Part shown: piece by piece, positions 30,914-41,236 of the stretch
Layout of the letters: each line of letters begins with the position of its first letter
How positions within the stretch are numbered: the stretch's first letter is position 1
Source of the DNA: Spirochaetia bacterium
GTDB lineage: Bacteria; Spirochaetota; Spirochaetia; SP-2023
Reading direction: 5' to 3'
Assembly (NCBI GenBank): GCA_965225855.1
Contig: CBDDCK010000005.1
Location: forward strand, 1,969,074-2,033,073
DNA length: 64,000 bases
Made by a program: the position numbers and the translations under genes
The notes under the pieces: model-generated
The model's database searches: none
What the model saw: only the letters and a program-made list of their open reading frames with translations
Told to the model about the DNA's origin: nothing

Positions 30914-31077
30914 GTAATTAAATAGATTATACTTATATAGTATAACAAGATAGGAGAAACACTATGAACAAAAATCTAAGCTTTGAACACTTGCAAAAAT
31001 TAATCAAGAGCAAGCCCAACGATAATGTTTATTTTATCTAGCCCCTTCGCATTTTGCTGCTGATGAAAGCAGGCTGC

Positions 31078-32280
31078 TTAACTTTTTACATTATTTAAAA
31101 CCGCTTTCAAGCCATAAGAAATAGCATTGATAATCTCTATTTTGTTATCCATCTCATCTACATAAACGCTGCTTTGAAGTAATGATTTTATATCATTGGT
31201 TCTGATTAAAAATGCTTTTTTCGATTGTTTCACTTTTACTGCTCTGCTCAAAAGTGTTACTGCTTCTTCCAAAGTTTCATGCTCTTTTTGAATGCGGATC
31301 AATATCGGTGAATTTTGGTAAGTTTCTTTTAATATAGCATCTATGCCATTATTTCTTTGGACTGGAATATATTCTATATCATACAAAAGTTTTTCTACTA
31401 GACTATCTACATTTTGATATGCAGTTTTGCCTTTCTGCAATAAACACGATTCACTTTTTATTGGATTTTTTAACCTTGCATAAGTTACTTTTATGGCATC
31501 TTCTGAAATATCCATACCGATAACTTTTCTATTTTTTAATTTTCCAGCAACCAAAGTTGTGCCACTTCCACAAAATGGATCAAGAATTATATCCCCTTCA
31601 TCTGATGCTATTTCAATAATTCTTTCTAATAATAGAATCGGTTTTTGAGTTGGATAGCCCACCCTTTCTTTCGCTTTTGGATTCAAGTATGGAATCTCCC
31701 AAACATCATTCAGAGGCACGCCTTTTTTTGCTCCATTATTTATTGTGTTTCCATTCCCATCTTTTGCATATACAGTTTTACCATCACTATTTCTAACTCG
31801 TTTTTGTAAAATTTGATCAATATTTGTCGTTTCTGAATAATTATTGTAAATGGTAGTAAATTTAAAGTTTTGGCTTTTAGAATAAAAATATATGGTTTGA
31901 TGAGAAGGCAATAAACCTTTTTTAGCATTTGACCACCTCTTATAGTACCAAATAATTTCAGACTGAAATTGTTTTACACCAAAAACATCATCTAACAAAA
32001 TTTTAGCAATATAAGCAGAATTTTTATCACAATGAACAAAAATGCTTCCAGTATTTTTTAAAACTCTTTTTAACTCGATCAATCGGAAATATAAAAAATT
32101 AGCATACTCTTCATTACTATACCATACATCTTTGTAGGAAAATTCTTTACTTCCGTCTCTGGTCTTCAATTTTTGCACTTTGTTCGTAAAAAATGGCGGG
32201 TCTAAATAAATTAAATCAATACTATCATTTTTAAAATCTTTTAATAATTCTAAACAATCTCCTTGTAAAATTTTTGCCAT
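31078..32280 (-). CDS. site-specific DNA methyltransferase (beta class, DPPF; likely m6A)
   Basis: IYLDPPF, GYPTQKP, DPFCGSGTT. Confidence 0.93.
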   Translation of the reverse strand: MAKILQGDCLELLKDFKNDSIDLIYLDPPFFTNKVQKLKTRDGSKEFSYKDVWYSNEEYANFLYFRLIELKRVLKNTGSIFVHCDKNSAYIAKILLDDVFGVKQFQSEIIWYYKRWSNAKKGLLPSHQTIYFYSKSQNFKFTTIYNNYSETTNIDQILQKRVRNSDGKTVYAKDGNGNTINNGAKKGVPLNDVWEIPYLNPKAKERVGYPTQKPILLLERIIEIASDEGDIILDPFCGSGTTLVAGKLKNRKVIGMDISEDAIKVTYARLKNPIKSESCLLQKGKTAYQNVDSLVEKLLYDIEYIPVQRNNGIDAILKETYQNSPILIRIQKEHETLEEAVTLLSRAVKVKQSKKAFLIRTNDIKSLLQSSVYVDEMDNKIEIINAISYGLKAVLNNVKS

Positions 32281-32283
32281 ATT

Positions 32284-32907
32284 TTATCTTCTAGAATTTT
32301 CTTTAGCAATTTTTTCTAAAATATCTTTTAAATCTATTTCTGTTCTATTTTTTACATATTCCCAAGCATTTTCCCCATAGTAATATTCTCCACCGATACC
32401 TTTATAAAGAGTTTCCAAAGTATTTTGAATTTTTATTGCTTGCATACGGTTTGGATAATAAAACATAATTCTTATAGGATTATAGCCAGCAGCGTGAATA
32501 ACTTTAATTCTTGTATGTTCTTTGGTTATATGGTCGCCATCCGTTGTAGCATCTCGCCATTTTATCTCTATAGCATTATTACCTTGCAAACAATCTATTT
32601 CAAAAGTCTTAGGTTTTTGCCCTATACTATTGGGAATTTTTATTGTAGCAGAATTTGGATACTTATGGTAAAAGCATAGTTTGGTTACTTCCTCTAAAAA
32701 CGATCCTGCATACTTATATAAAAACCGCCCTTTATTTTGGTATAAATCAATGAAGTACCCTTCTTCGTCTGTAACTCCTAAAACTTGATAAATTAAATAG
32801 TGGGACTTATCATCATTTTGCATTTCTACCATTCTATCACCAATTTTTGCTTTTAAATTACTGGCATATTTTTGTGATAATTCTTTTATTTCTAGTGTTA
32901 TACTCAC
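32284..32907 (-). CDS. ApaLI-family restriction endonuclease
   Basis: YQNKGRFLYKYAGSFLE, FEIDCL...EIKWRDATTDGDH. Confidence 0.85.
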   Translation of the reverse strand: MSITLEIKELSQKYASNLKAKIGDRMVEMQNDDKSHYLIYQVLGVTDEEGYFIDLYQNKGRFLYKYAGSFLEEVTKLCFYHKYPNSATIKIPNSIGQKPKTFEIDCLQGNNAIEIKWRDATTDGDHITKEHTRIKVIHAAGYNPIRIMFYYPNRMQAIKIQNTLETLYKGIGGEYYYGENAWEYVKNRTEIDLKDILEKIAKENSRR

Positions 32908-32952
32908 TATTTTCCCTTAAAATTTGTGGTGAATGTTTGGATAAAATCCTAG

Positions 32953-34422
32953 TTAAAAATTGCGCCAGAATCTGGGCATAAATAACACCAGTACGGTATA
33001 AATTTCCAAACGACCAATGACCATTACTACGGATAAAAACATTTTTACAAATGGGTGTAGTGCACCGTAGTTCATGCTTGGTCCTAGCCCAGCAAAACCT
33101 GGCCCGATATTTCCTAAAATTGCCAGCGCGCCTGAAAATGATGTCAATAAATCACTGCCAAAGAATGCTAATACCAGAGTTGTCAATAGCAATAACAAAA
33201 TATACAAAATTAAAAAACCAATAATCGCAGCAATAACCAGACTGCCCATAGACTGCCCGTTAATGGAAATTTGGTAAAATCCCCTAGGCTTTAACATATA
33301 GCGCAGTTCTAAAATACCTTTTTTTACTAGACAAATTACGCGGATGACTTTGACCCCGCCTGCTGTTGAACCCGCAGAGCCACCGATAAACATTAATAAA
33401 AATAGCAAAACTTTGGCATTTTCTGGCCATCGATCATAGTCTACCGTTGCAAAACCGGTTGTCGTTAAAATGCTAGTCACTTGGAACATTGCATCGATCA
33501 GGCTCGCAATAAAACTTTTTCCTGTTTGGAATTCTAGTTTCAAAATCAAAGCTATGGTCAAACTACACAATGCTATAATGAGAAGATATATTTTGAGCTC
33601 GGTGTTAGAACGTATTTTGTCAAATTTTCGCTTAAAAACATGATAGAATACCATAAAATTACAGCCTGCTAAAATCATAAAAATTGTAATAACCCATTGG
33701 ATATAAGCAGAGTTATACGCCCCTATGCTGTCATTTCGGGTGGAATAACCACCTGTAGCCATGGTGGCAAAGCTGTGGGTAAACGAATCAAATAAGCTCA
33801 TTCCACCCAAACGCAGTAAAATGATTTCGACAAACGTCAATATGGTATAGATAAACCATAGTATTTTTGCCGTGTCATTGATGCGGTAAGTTACTTTATC
33901 TAAATCTGGGCCAGGTGCTTCTGCACGCATTAGTTGAGCACCACTGATACCTAATAATGGAAACAAAGCTATAGTCAAAACAATGAAGCCCATACCCCCT
34001 AGCCAATGGGTCATAGCGCGCCAAAATAATAAACCTTTGGAAAGTCCTTCAATATTGCTTAAAATACTGGCTCCCGTGGTGGTATAACCCGAAATGGTTT
34101 CAAAAAATGCATCGATAAAATTGGGAATATCGCCTGATAAAACGAAAGGCAAGGCCGATAAAGCGGACACAAAAAACCAAGAAAACGAAACTAACAGCAA
34201 AGCATCACGCGGCACTAGATTTTTATTTGAGTCTCGCTTGCGCAATTTTAAAAAATAAAAAAGGCTGCCAAACAATAACACGCTAAAACCAATGGGCAGG
34301 AGAAATGCGGAAAGCAAATGTCGTTCGCCATAAAAAAGGCCCACCATCAAAGGTAATAGCATCAGTGCAGTAATGATTAACATCAAGGCAGAAAGCCCTA
34401 AAAATAATGTGCGAAAATTCAT
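32953..34422 (-). CDS. trkH: Trk potassium uptake membrane protein
   Basis: FETISGYTTTG, HWLGGMG, TGGYST, GSTAGGVK, GNIGPG, GRLE. Confidence 0.95.
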   Translation of the reverse strand: MNFRTLFLGLSALMLIITALMLLPLMVGLFYGERHLLSAFLLPIGFSVLLFGSLFYFLKLRKRDSNKNLVPRDALLLVSFSWFFVSALSALPFVLSGDIPNFIDAFFETISGYTTTGASILSNIEGLSKGLLFWRAMTHWLGGMGFIVLTIALFPLLGISGAQLMRAEAPGPDLDKVTYRINDTAKILWFIYTILTFVEIILLRLGGMSLFDSFTHSFATMATGGYSTRNDSIGAYNSAYIQWVITIFMILAGCNFMVFYHVFKRKFDKIRSNTELKIYLLIIALCSLTIALILKLEFQTGKSFIASLIDAMFQVTSILTTTGFATVDYDRWPENAKVLLFLLMFIGGSAGSTAGGVKVIRVICLVKKGILELRYMLKPRGFYQISINGQSMGSLVIAAIIGFLILYILLLLLTTLVLAFFGSDLLTSFSGALAILGNIGPGFAGLGPSMNYGALHPFVKMFLSVVMVIGRLEIYTVLVLFMPRFWRNF

Positions 34423-34427
34423 AGCTT

Positions 34428-35861
34428 CTAATTACTAAAAAGTTGAATCATTTGCTCTCGTAGTTCCTTATAGGTAATGAGGATCACGCGATCTCCTTTT
34501 TGCAACACCGTTGTACCTGTAGGTAGGATTGTACCTTCTTTTCGATATATATATGTAATAATTGTATCTTCATCAGGGAAGCGAATTTGATTTAGGGCTT
34601 GGTCTACTAAGCTGGAATTCTCCCCCACCTGCAATTCTAAAATTTCCATATCGCCATCAACCAAACTTTGAATATTGTATACATTATCCCCGTGAATATA
34701 GCGCATAATAGAATTTACCATGGTGTTACTACTACTTACGATGACATCAAGCCCTAAGCTAGAGGCAATGTTATGCATTTGTTTTGTGCGTGTCAGGACA
34801 ATCGCTCGGCGAATCCCCGTGTTTTTGGCATACAGCGCGGTTACAATATTGAGCTCTTGGTTGTCTGTAGCTGCAATAAAAATATGGGCTTTGGTTAGAT
34901 TTTCTTCTTCAAATAAATTTTCTTCACTGACATCGGCGTTTAATACTTCAACATCGGGCAGGCGAACTTTAATAGATTTGCAACGTTCATAGTCTCGTTC
35001 AATGTATTTGATTTTGTATTGCTGTAAATCCATCGTTTTGAAAAACCATTTTGTCAAACTATGGAATAGACCTTTTGCTTTTTTGACGACTGGTTCTGTA
35101 TTTTTGGCAAGCAATCGACCTACGGTAATAGCAATCTCACCGCCTCCTAGTATGACAACATTTTTACTGTTATCTTGCAAACCTAAGCCAAACTGTTCTA
35201 TAATCCGTTCTGTATGGCTTTTTTCCGATGCAATATATATGGTGTCTTTCAGCTGTAGTACCGTTTCGGCTGTGGGTATCATTAGCGAAGAATCCATATG
35301 GCGCAATAAAGGTATTAGAAATGAAACAGGCGAGTCATTGCGCAATTGCTGGATTGTTTTGCCGATAATTTTATGTTGGCCTTCACTCAACATAAAACTG
35401 CGTAGCTGAATATCGCCGTTAGCAAATTCGTAAATATCGCCAATGGCACCGTGCTCTATGGTTTTGATAATGGCTTCAGCCGTTTCGCGTGGAGGGTGAA
35501 CCACAAAAGATGGACCAATTACCGAGCGTTCAATAACGTTGATCGAGTTGTATTCTAAATTGCGAATACGAATGATTTTCGTCAATTCGGGGAATTCGGC
35601 CCCCACTATGTAGGCTGAAGCGAGATTTACTTCATCAGAGTTGGTCAAAGCCACAAAAAAATCGGTATCACTCAAATCCACAGATTTCAACGCTTCTAGG
35701 TCAGTTCCCAAAGCAAGTTCAATCTTGCAGTCCAAACGTTCGCTAGCGTAACGCTGGATTTCGGGATTTTTCTCTAAAACGACAATATCTTTGCCTTCAG
35801 AAATTAGTTGTTTTGCTAATTGAAAACCAATGCTTCCTGCGCCCACAATCACTATTTTCAT
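34428..35861 (-). CDS. trkA: Trk potassium uptake NAD-binding protein
   Basis: Two RCK units (IVGAGSIG, ILGGGEI). Confidence 0.93.
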   Translation of the reverse strand: MKIVIVGAGSIGFQLAKQLISEGKDIVVLEKNPEIQRYASERLDCKIELALGTDLEALKSVDLSDTDFFVALTNSDEVNLASAYIVGAEFPELTKIIRIRNLEYNSINVIERSVIGPSFVVHPPRETAEAIIKTIEHGAIGDIYEFANGDIQLRSFMLSEGQHKIIGKTIQQLRNDSPVSFLIPLLRHMDSSLMIPTAETVLQLKDTIYIASEKSHTERIIEQFGLGLQDNSKNVVILGGGEIAITVGRLLAKNTEPVVKKAKGLFHSLTKWFFKTMDLQQYKIKYIERDYERCKSIKVRLPDVEVLNADVSEENLFEEENLTKAHIFIAATDNQELNIVTALYAKNTGIRRAIVLTRTKQMHNIASSLGLDVIVSSSNTMVNSIMRYIHGDNVYNIQSLVDGDMEILELQVGENSSLVDQALNQIRFPDEDTIITYIYRKEGTILPTGTTVLQKGDRVILITYKELREQMIQLFSN

Positions 35862-35911
35862 TGTGGGGCGAATACTAGCATAAAGGCAGACGTTGTGCTA
35901 TATATTTGGTT

Positions 35912-36718
35912 ATGGCTTTACCAAATACTCAAGATATAAAAAAACGGCCACTCAATATTGCAATTATTTTGGCAGGGGGAATTGGCCACCGTGCCGTTGG
36001 TTCTGCAAAAGAAAAACATTTGCAAAAGCCAAAGCAATTTTGGCCTTTAGCGGGCCTCCCTGTTTGGCAACATAGTTGGTTGCGTTATGCAATGAATCCG
36101 GCTATAGATAAAGTTTGTTTGGTTTGGCCTGAAAATTATATCGCTGAAATTCAAAACATTGTTGCTAATTATTCGCAAACAGTTGCGCCTAGCTATATTA
36201 TTGCCGGTGGTTTAGAGCGTAGTGATTCCAGCTATCAGGCTGTGGAATTCTGCCAGCAATGGCAACTACCACAGCAACGGGTTCTGGTTTTAATCCATGA
36301 TGCTGCCCGACCTTTAATTAGCTCTCGGCTGATTGAAGATAGTTTGGCCCAGCTTGAATTTGCCAATGCTGTAGTTTGCGCTACCCCCGTGCAGGATAGT
36401 TTGTTTGTGAAAAATCCAGAAAACAGAGTAGAAAAGGTTTTAAAGCGCAGCCAGATTATGCACAGCCAAACGCCCCAAAGTTTTGAGTTACAAACTTTGC
36501 GCAAGGCCTTTGCCAAGCATCGCCAACGCCAGGAAATTATACCAACAGATGATATTTCTTTGGTGAAACATTATTTGCCTGCAGAAAAAATTGCGATAGT
36601 GGCGGGCGATAAGTACAATATCAAACTTACAGAAGCCGAAGACCTTGATATACTCGATTGGTGTTATGAACGGTTTATGGCTGAAACTGCCAAAATTGAA
36701 AATTTTGGCAATGTTTGA
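35912..36718 (+). CDS. ispD: 2-C-methyl-D-erythritol 4-phosphate cytidylyltransferase (IspD/TarI)
   Basis: LAGGIG, PKQF, GGLERSDS, IHDAARP, QTPQSF, TDD, NIKLT. Confidence 0.9.
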   Translation: MALPNTQDIKKRPLNIAIILAGGIGHRAVGSAKEKHLQKPKQFWPLAGLPVWQHSWLRYAMNPAIDKVCLVWPENYIAEIQNIVANYSQTVAPSYIIAGGLERSDSSYQAVEFCQQWQLPQQRVLVLIHDAARPLISSRLIEDSLAQLEFANAVVCATPVQDSLFVKNPENRVEKVLKRSQIMHSQTPQSFELQTLRKAFAKHRQRQEIIPTDDISLVKHYLPAEKIAIVAGDKYNIKLTEAEDLDILDWCYERFMAETAKIENFGNV

Positions 36719-36795
36719 AGTCTGGAAGTGAATGCAAATCCGCTTTTTCTTGGATTGTGAATTACCAAAAAATCATTATAGATTGGTTTTTTATT

Positions 36796-37323
36796 ATGAA
36801 CCATGTAGAAAATACAAACCATGCAAAACCAAAGCAATTAAAAATTGTTTTATTTCAACCAGAAATACCACACAACGCTGGGGCTGCAATTCGGCTTTGC
36901 GCTGGGCTTAATGCGGCATTGCATTTGATACGGCCTTTAGGTTTTACTGTAAACGATAAACATTTAGAGCGAGTGGCTCTGGGTTATCATGAATTGCTGC
37001 GCCCGGTAATACACAACAATATGGCAGCTTTTTTAAGTTCCTTAAAAGAATGCGAACAGTTGCTGATATTTTCCAGCAAGGCTAACAAAATATTCACAGA
37101 GATTGATATAGCAGAAAAAGTGGCCTTGTTATTTGGTTCAGAAACAAAAGGTTTTAGTGCATTGATGCAAACCAATCTCGATGTGTATCAATCGTTGGAA
37201 CAACGTTCGCTAAGCGTAAAAATCCCCCAAGCAGAAAATTTTCGTTGCCATAATTTGAGTAATAGCATTGCTATGGGAGCTTATGAAATCCAGCGAAAGT
37301 GGGGTTTCCCCAAATTGAGTTAG
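36796..37323 (+). CDS. trmL: tRNA (cytidine/uridine-34-2'-O)-methyltransferase, SpoU family
   Basis: LFQPEIPHNAG, LHLIRPLGF, FGSETKG, NLSNS. Confidence 0.88.
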   Translation: MNHVENTNHAKPKQLKIVLFQPEIPHNAGAAIRLCAGLNAALHLIRPLGFTVNDKHLERVALGYHELLRPVIHNNMAAFLSSLKECEQLLIFSSKANKIFTEIDIAEKVALLFGSETKGFSALMQTNLDVYQSLEQRSLSVKIPQAENFRCHNLSNSIAMGAYEIQRKWGFPKLS

Positions 37324-37328
37324 TTCAT

Positions 37329-38042
37329 TTATTAATGATAGGCTGGTAAAAGAAATTTTAGCTAAGGCTAAAGCAGAACAATACCGATAAATAAATACCC
37401 CAGCCCCCTCTAACCATAGAATTACCTCCCACCTATTTAATAGAATCGACCCAAATCTATTAATAGAATTACCTCCCACCTATTGATAGAATTGACCCAA
37501 ATCTATCAATAGAATTACCTCGCACCTATTGATAGAATTGACCTAAATCTATCCATAGATTTACCTCCCACCTATTGATACCCTAGTCTTTAATGAAATT
37601 TTCTACATCGGCACATAATCCAAGACCTATACAACAATCATCGGCAATCGTTGGCCAAATTCTGAACGCCCCTGAAAGAATAATATCCCGTTTTGATTTT
37701 CATTAAATGTTTCACCTTTTGGAGATTGCCCCATAGTGTAATTAAGGTGTAATCAAGTATTTTATTCAATTCTACACTTTGCCACCCCCCAAAGGCCAAA
37801 CAAAGGCCAAACAAAGGCCAACACCCTTAAGCCTTTTGATTGGCATGGATTTTGAACCACCTTACAACACTAACACACAACACTAAGACACAAAAAAAGT
37901 GCCCAAAACATAAAAAAAGCACAAAAAAACTTGTAAAAAGCTTGTATAGGCCTTGACGCAACACCCCCCCTAGCAAAATGGGGCACTGTACACTAGCCCG
38001 TATGGGTTGGCGAATCTTTATCCATTTTTGGAGGTATTGCTT
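37329..38042 (+). repeat. conserved leader, copy 2 (46-bp array 37416-37580, 4 A + 3 B units)
   Basis: Begins 5 bp after trmL stop; colinear with 4604-5258. Confidence 0.95.
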
Positions 38043-39743
38043 ATGTATAAGCTCAAACTACTTTTATTGCCTGTAGCATTGCTACTGGCCTTTATGGCCT
38101 TGGCCTGCGCCCCACCCGATGACGATGATCGATCTTCTGGGCCGACTAAGCCGACTATCAATAACGCCATCTACGATTTTACTACGGCTCTGTTAACCGT
38201 ACAAGGTACTGACTTAAGTCCTACAGAAGCCCAAATCCAAACTATCAGGGTAGCTGGCCTAGCCTTAAATTCTTATACTGCCACAGCCACTGGGGTAAAT
38301 AGTAACGGTCTTAAACAAGGTCAGTACCGTATTGCAAACGATGGCACTGCGATTTGGCTTAGACTTACCGATCCACATAAAGCTGCTCTGAATGGCAAGG
38401 TGGGTAGCAATGGTCTAAAAAAAGGGTTGCTTACTAGCTCTGGTGCTTGGGCGGGTTTAAATACAGCCAAAGACTTGGAAGTTAGGAATATACCCGAAAA
38501 TAAGCAGTCTAAAGTATCCGATGACAATCAGCCATCTAAGCAAACTGAAGACGAACAAGCTGAAGAAGACGAACAAGCCGAACAAACCGAAGAGGAGTCG
38601 CCTAAGCAACCTGAAGAAGCTGAAGAAGACGAACAAGTCGAACAAGCTGAAGATCAGTCGCCTGAAGCCACAATTACCCGTGCAACCTACCATGTTGGTA
38701 CGGCGCTGTTAACCTTGCAAGGTACTCACTTAAGTGCTACAACTGCGACCCAAGCGCAAATCCAAACCATCGTGGTAGATGGCGTAGCCTTAAATTCTTA
38801 TACTGCAGATGGCACAGCCACTGGGCCAGATAGTCGCAGTCTTGCAAAAGGTAAGTACCGTATGAAAAGAGATGGCACAGCGCTTTGGCTTTACCTTACC
38901 GATCAACATAAAGCTACTCTGAATGGCAAGACAGGTATGGATAGCAATGGTCTAAAAAAAGGATTGCTTAGCGTTGGCACTGGTACTTGGGCGGGTTTAG
39001 ATACAGCCAAAGACTTGGACGTTAGTGGAAACCCCGCACCCACAATTACCAGTGCAACCTACAATGCTATTACAGGCGTGTTAGTGATTACAGGTGTCAA
39101 TTTACCGTCAACAGTGGATCGCTGGGACTTCACCAAATTGAGGTTTGTCGCAGGTAATGGTCGTAATAAATACACATTACCCGGTCACTACCCAACCGGT
39201 AATAACATAGCCACAGGTTCTGCAGCAAGTGCAACAAGCTTAACGATTACTTTAGGCCGTTATCAACGCAATAGAGCCAATAGGATATTGGTTAAGAATG
39301 GTGATAGTGATGTTGATGGTGCATACAACCTGGAAGCAGCAGCAGGATTTGCAGGTGGTAGCGCTGAAGACACAAGCAATAACCCTATTACCGTTAGTGG
39401 GTATGTATTCATAATCTATAACGCATACTACAATGCTAATAAAGGCAATTTATTGATTCAGGGTAATCATTTACCGACAACAATTGCAGAATGGGACTTT
39501 AGCAAATTGACGCTTGTATCCAGTGATGGTAGTAAGAGATACAAATTACCCCAGCACGCAACCGCAGGTGAAAACACAGCCACAGGTTCTAGTGCAGGTA
39601 CAACCTACTTAAGTATTACTTTAAGCGGTAGTGTAAAAGCGGAAGCCGAGAAGATACTGGTTAAGCATGGCAAACTTAAAGCAGCAGCAGGATTTATACC
39701 TGGTAGTACAGAAGGCTTAACCACTAGTATATTCAAGTTTTAA
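38043..39743 (+). CDS. surface lipoprotein paralog 2 (A-linker-A'-B-B)
   Basis: Same RBS, signal peptide and lipobox; high identity to paralog 1. Confidence 0.9.
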   Translation: MYKLKLLLLPVALLLAFMALACAPPDDDDRSSGPTKPTINNAIYDFTTALLTVQGTDLSPTEAQIQTIRVAGLALNSYTATATGVNSNGLKQGQYRIANDGTAIWLRLTDPHKAALNGKVGSNGLKKGLLTSSGAWAGLNTAKDLEVRNIPENKQSKVSDDNQPSKQTEDEQAEEDEQAEQTEEESPKQPEEAEEDEQVEQAEDQSPEATITRATYHVGTALLTLQGTHLSATTATQAQIQTIVVDGVALNSYTADGTATGPDSRSLAKGKYRMKRDGTALWLYLTDQHKATLNGKTGMDSNGLKKGLLSVGTGTWAGLDTAKDLDVSGNPAPTITSATYNAITGVLVITGVNLPSTVDRWDFTKLRFVAGNGRNKYTLPGHYPTGNNIATGSAASATSLTITLGRYQRNRANRILVKNGDSDVDGAYNLEAAAGFAGGSAEDTSNNPITVSGYVFIIYNAYYNANKGNLLIQGNHLPTTIAEWDFSKLTLVSSDGSKRYKLPQHATAGENTATGSSAGTTYLSITLSGSVKAEAEKILVKHGKLKAAAGFIPGSTEGLTTSIFKF

Positions 39744-39748
39744 ATTTA

Positions 39749-39835
39749 AAGTAGGGTTTGGTTGTTGCAACGCTTGCATTGGCAATTGCAACCTTGGTAA
39801 GTTTTTTAGCAAGGTTGCTTTTGCCAATTATAGCC
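39749..39835 (+). repeat. 3' tail module II hairpin
   Basis: Shared with 49600-49689 and partly 44345-44384; stem GCAACCTTG/CAAGGTTGC. Confidence 0.85.
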
Positions 39836-39848
39836 TTGGTAAATACGG

Positions 39849-40117
39849 GAAGCCAATATAGCCAAAGGCTGGAACAACCAAGCTATGTTTGAGCCCGTGC
39901 ATGGTTCTGCACCTCGCCTGATACAAGAAGGCCGCCTGCCTTATGTTGACCCTCGTTCAATGCTACAAGCAGTTAGTTTAATGCTAAGCCATATTGGGTA
40001 CAATCAGAAAGCCGTTACATAAACACCGCAATACAAACGGCAAGCGCGCACTTCCCAATAACTGGTTTTGCAAATGGTGCCGCAACCCAAGATTTTATGG
40101 CTAAATTAATTAGCTAG
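39849..40117 (+). pseudogene. isocitrate/isopropylmalate dehydrogenase C-terminal fragment
   Basis: ANI...AMFEPVHGSAPRLIQEGR..YVDP.SML...MLSHIG, then stop/frameshift; N-terminal part missing. Confidence 0.82.
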
Positions 40118-40191
40118 ATTCAGTAAAATCGGCAAAATAATTTCTCAATAATCTTGACTTTATCGTGAACAAACTTTATAAGCTTGCGCTT

Positions 40192-40210
40192 GATATTGAT
40201 AATAGTTTTT
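40192..40210 (+). promoter_or_regulatory. putative Fur-box
   Basis: GATATTGATAATAGTTTTT matches 14/19 positions of GATAATGATAATCATTATC, just upstream of an iron ABC operon. Confidence 0.5.
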
Positions 40211-40248
40211 ATCGAATTTTAACTTATTTTTTATAAAGGATTATTTCT

Positions 40249-41202
40249 ATGTATAGAAAGATGTTTAGTGCAAAAATAGCAACTCTGTTATTCCTTATAG
40301 TTTTAGCAGCGTGCTCAAAAAAGAAAGGTACAGATTCCAGTACCACCCCTGAAAAAGAGGAAGGGAAAATGATTACGATTCAACACGAAAGCGGAGAGAC
40401 GGTATTAAAATCAATTCCCAAACGGATCGTAGTTTTAGAATACTCTTTTATTGATGCGCTCGCTGCTATTGAGATTGCGCCTGTGGGTATTGCCGATGAT
40501 AAAAAGCGCGAGCGCATTGAGCCCGAATTAATCGAGCATATTGGCAATGATTGGGTTTCCGTTGGCACGCGCAAACAACCCAGCTTAGAAGTGATTGCCA
40601 GCCTAACCCCGGATTTCATTATTGCCGATAAAAAACGTCATTCTGCGGTATACAGCTCTTTAAGTGAGATCGCCCCCACGATTGTATTGAGTAGTCTAGG
40701 GGCTGATTATGATGCCACTATTGAAAATATGGTTGTGATTGGCAAAGCGTTGGGTAAAGAATCTGAAATGGAAGAGCGTATTGCTAAGCACCAAAAAATT
40801 ATGGACGATTACGCTGCTGCTATTCAGAATCCAAACAATTTGACGGCTGTGTTTGGCGTAACCAATGCCAATGGCCTGTGGTTGCAAGGGCCCATATCAT
40901 TTAATGGTACTCTTTTAAAGCGGCTTGGCTATGAAAGCCCGTTGAAAAATAATGAAAGTGCTTCAATTGAAACTTCTCTGGAACAATTGGCCGATGCGGA
41001 TCCGGATATTTTGCTATTTGGGAAATATACCGACCCAGCATTTACAGAAAAATTCCTCGAAGATGCCCTTTGGCAGACGATTAGTGCCGTCCAAAATGAT
41101 GAAGTGCACTATGTTCGTAGATCGAATCTGTGGGCACGCTTACGCGGAATTATTGCAGCAGAAATTATTGCCAAAGATTTCGTTGAAATTCTGAACAAAT
41201 AA
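40249..41202 (+). CDS. fecB: Fe(3+)-dicitrate/siderophore ABC substrate-binding lipoprotein
   Basis: Lipobox LAAC; PKRIVVLEYSF, PVGIADD, SVGTRKQPSLE. Confidence 0.85.
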   Translation: MYRKMFSAKIATLLFLIVLAACSKKKGTDSSTTPEKEEGKMITIQHESGETVLKSIPKRIVVLEYSFIDALAAIEIAPVGIADDKKRERIEPELIEHIGNDWVSVGTRKQPSLEVIASLTPDFIIADKKRHSAVYSSLSEIAPTIVLSSLGADYDATIENMVVIGKALGKESEMEERIAKHQKIMDDYAAAIQNPNNLTAVFGVTNANGLWLQGPISFNGTLLKRLGYESPLKNNESASIETSLEQLADADPDILLFGKYTDPAFTEKFLEDALWQTISAVQNDEVHYVRRSNLWARLRGIIAAEIIAKDFVEILNK

Positions 41203-41236
41203 TTTCGATAAAATCTCTAATCAAGAGATATATCCA

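Noticed and set aside
37416..37580. CRISPR array interpretation of the alternating repeats
   Set aside because: The intervening units are near-identical and homologous to the repeat rather than unique spacers; no cas genes in the window.
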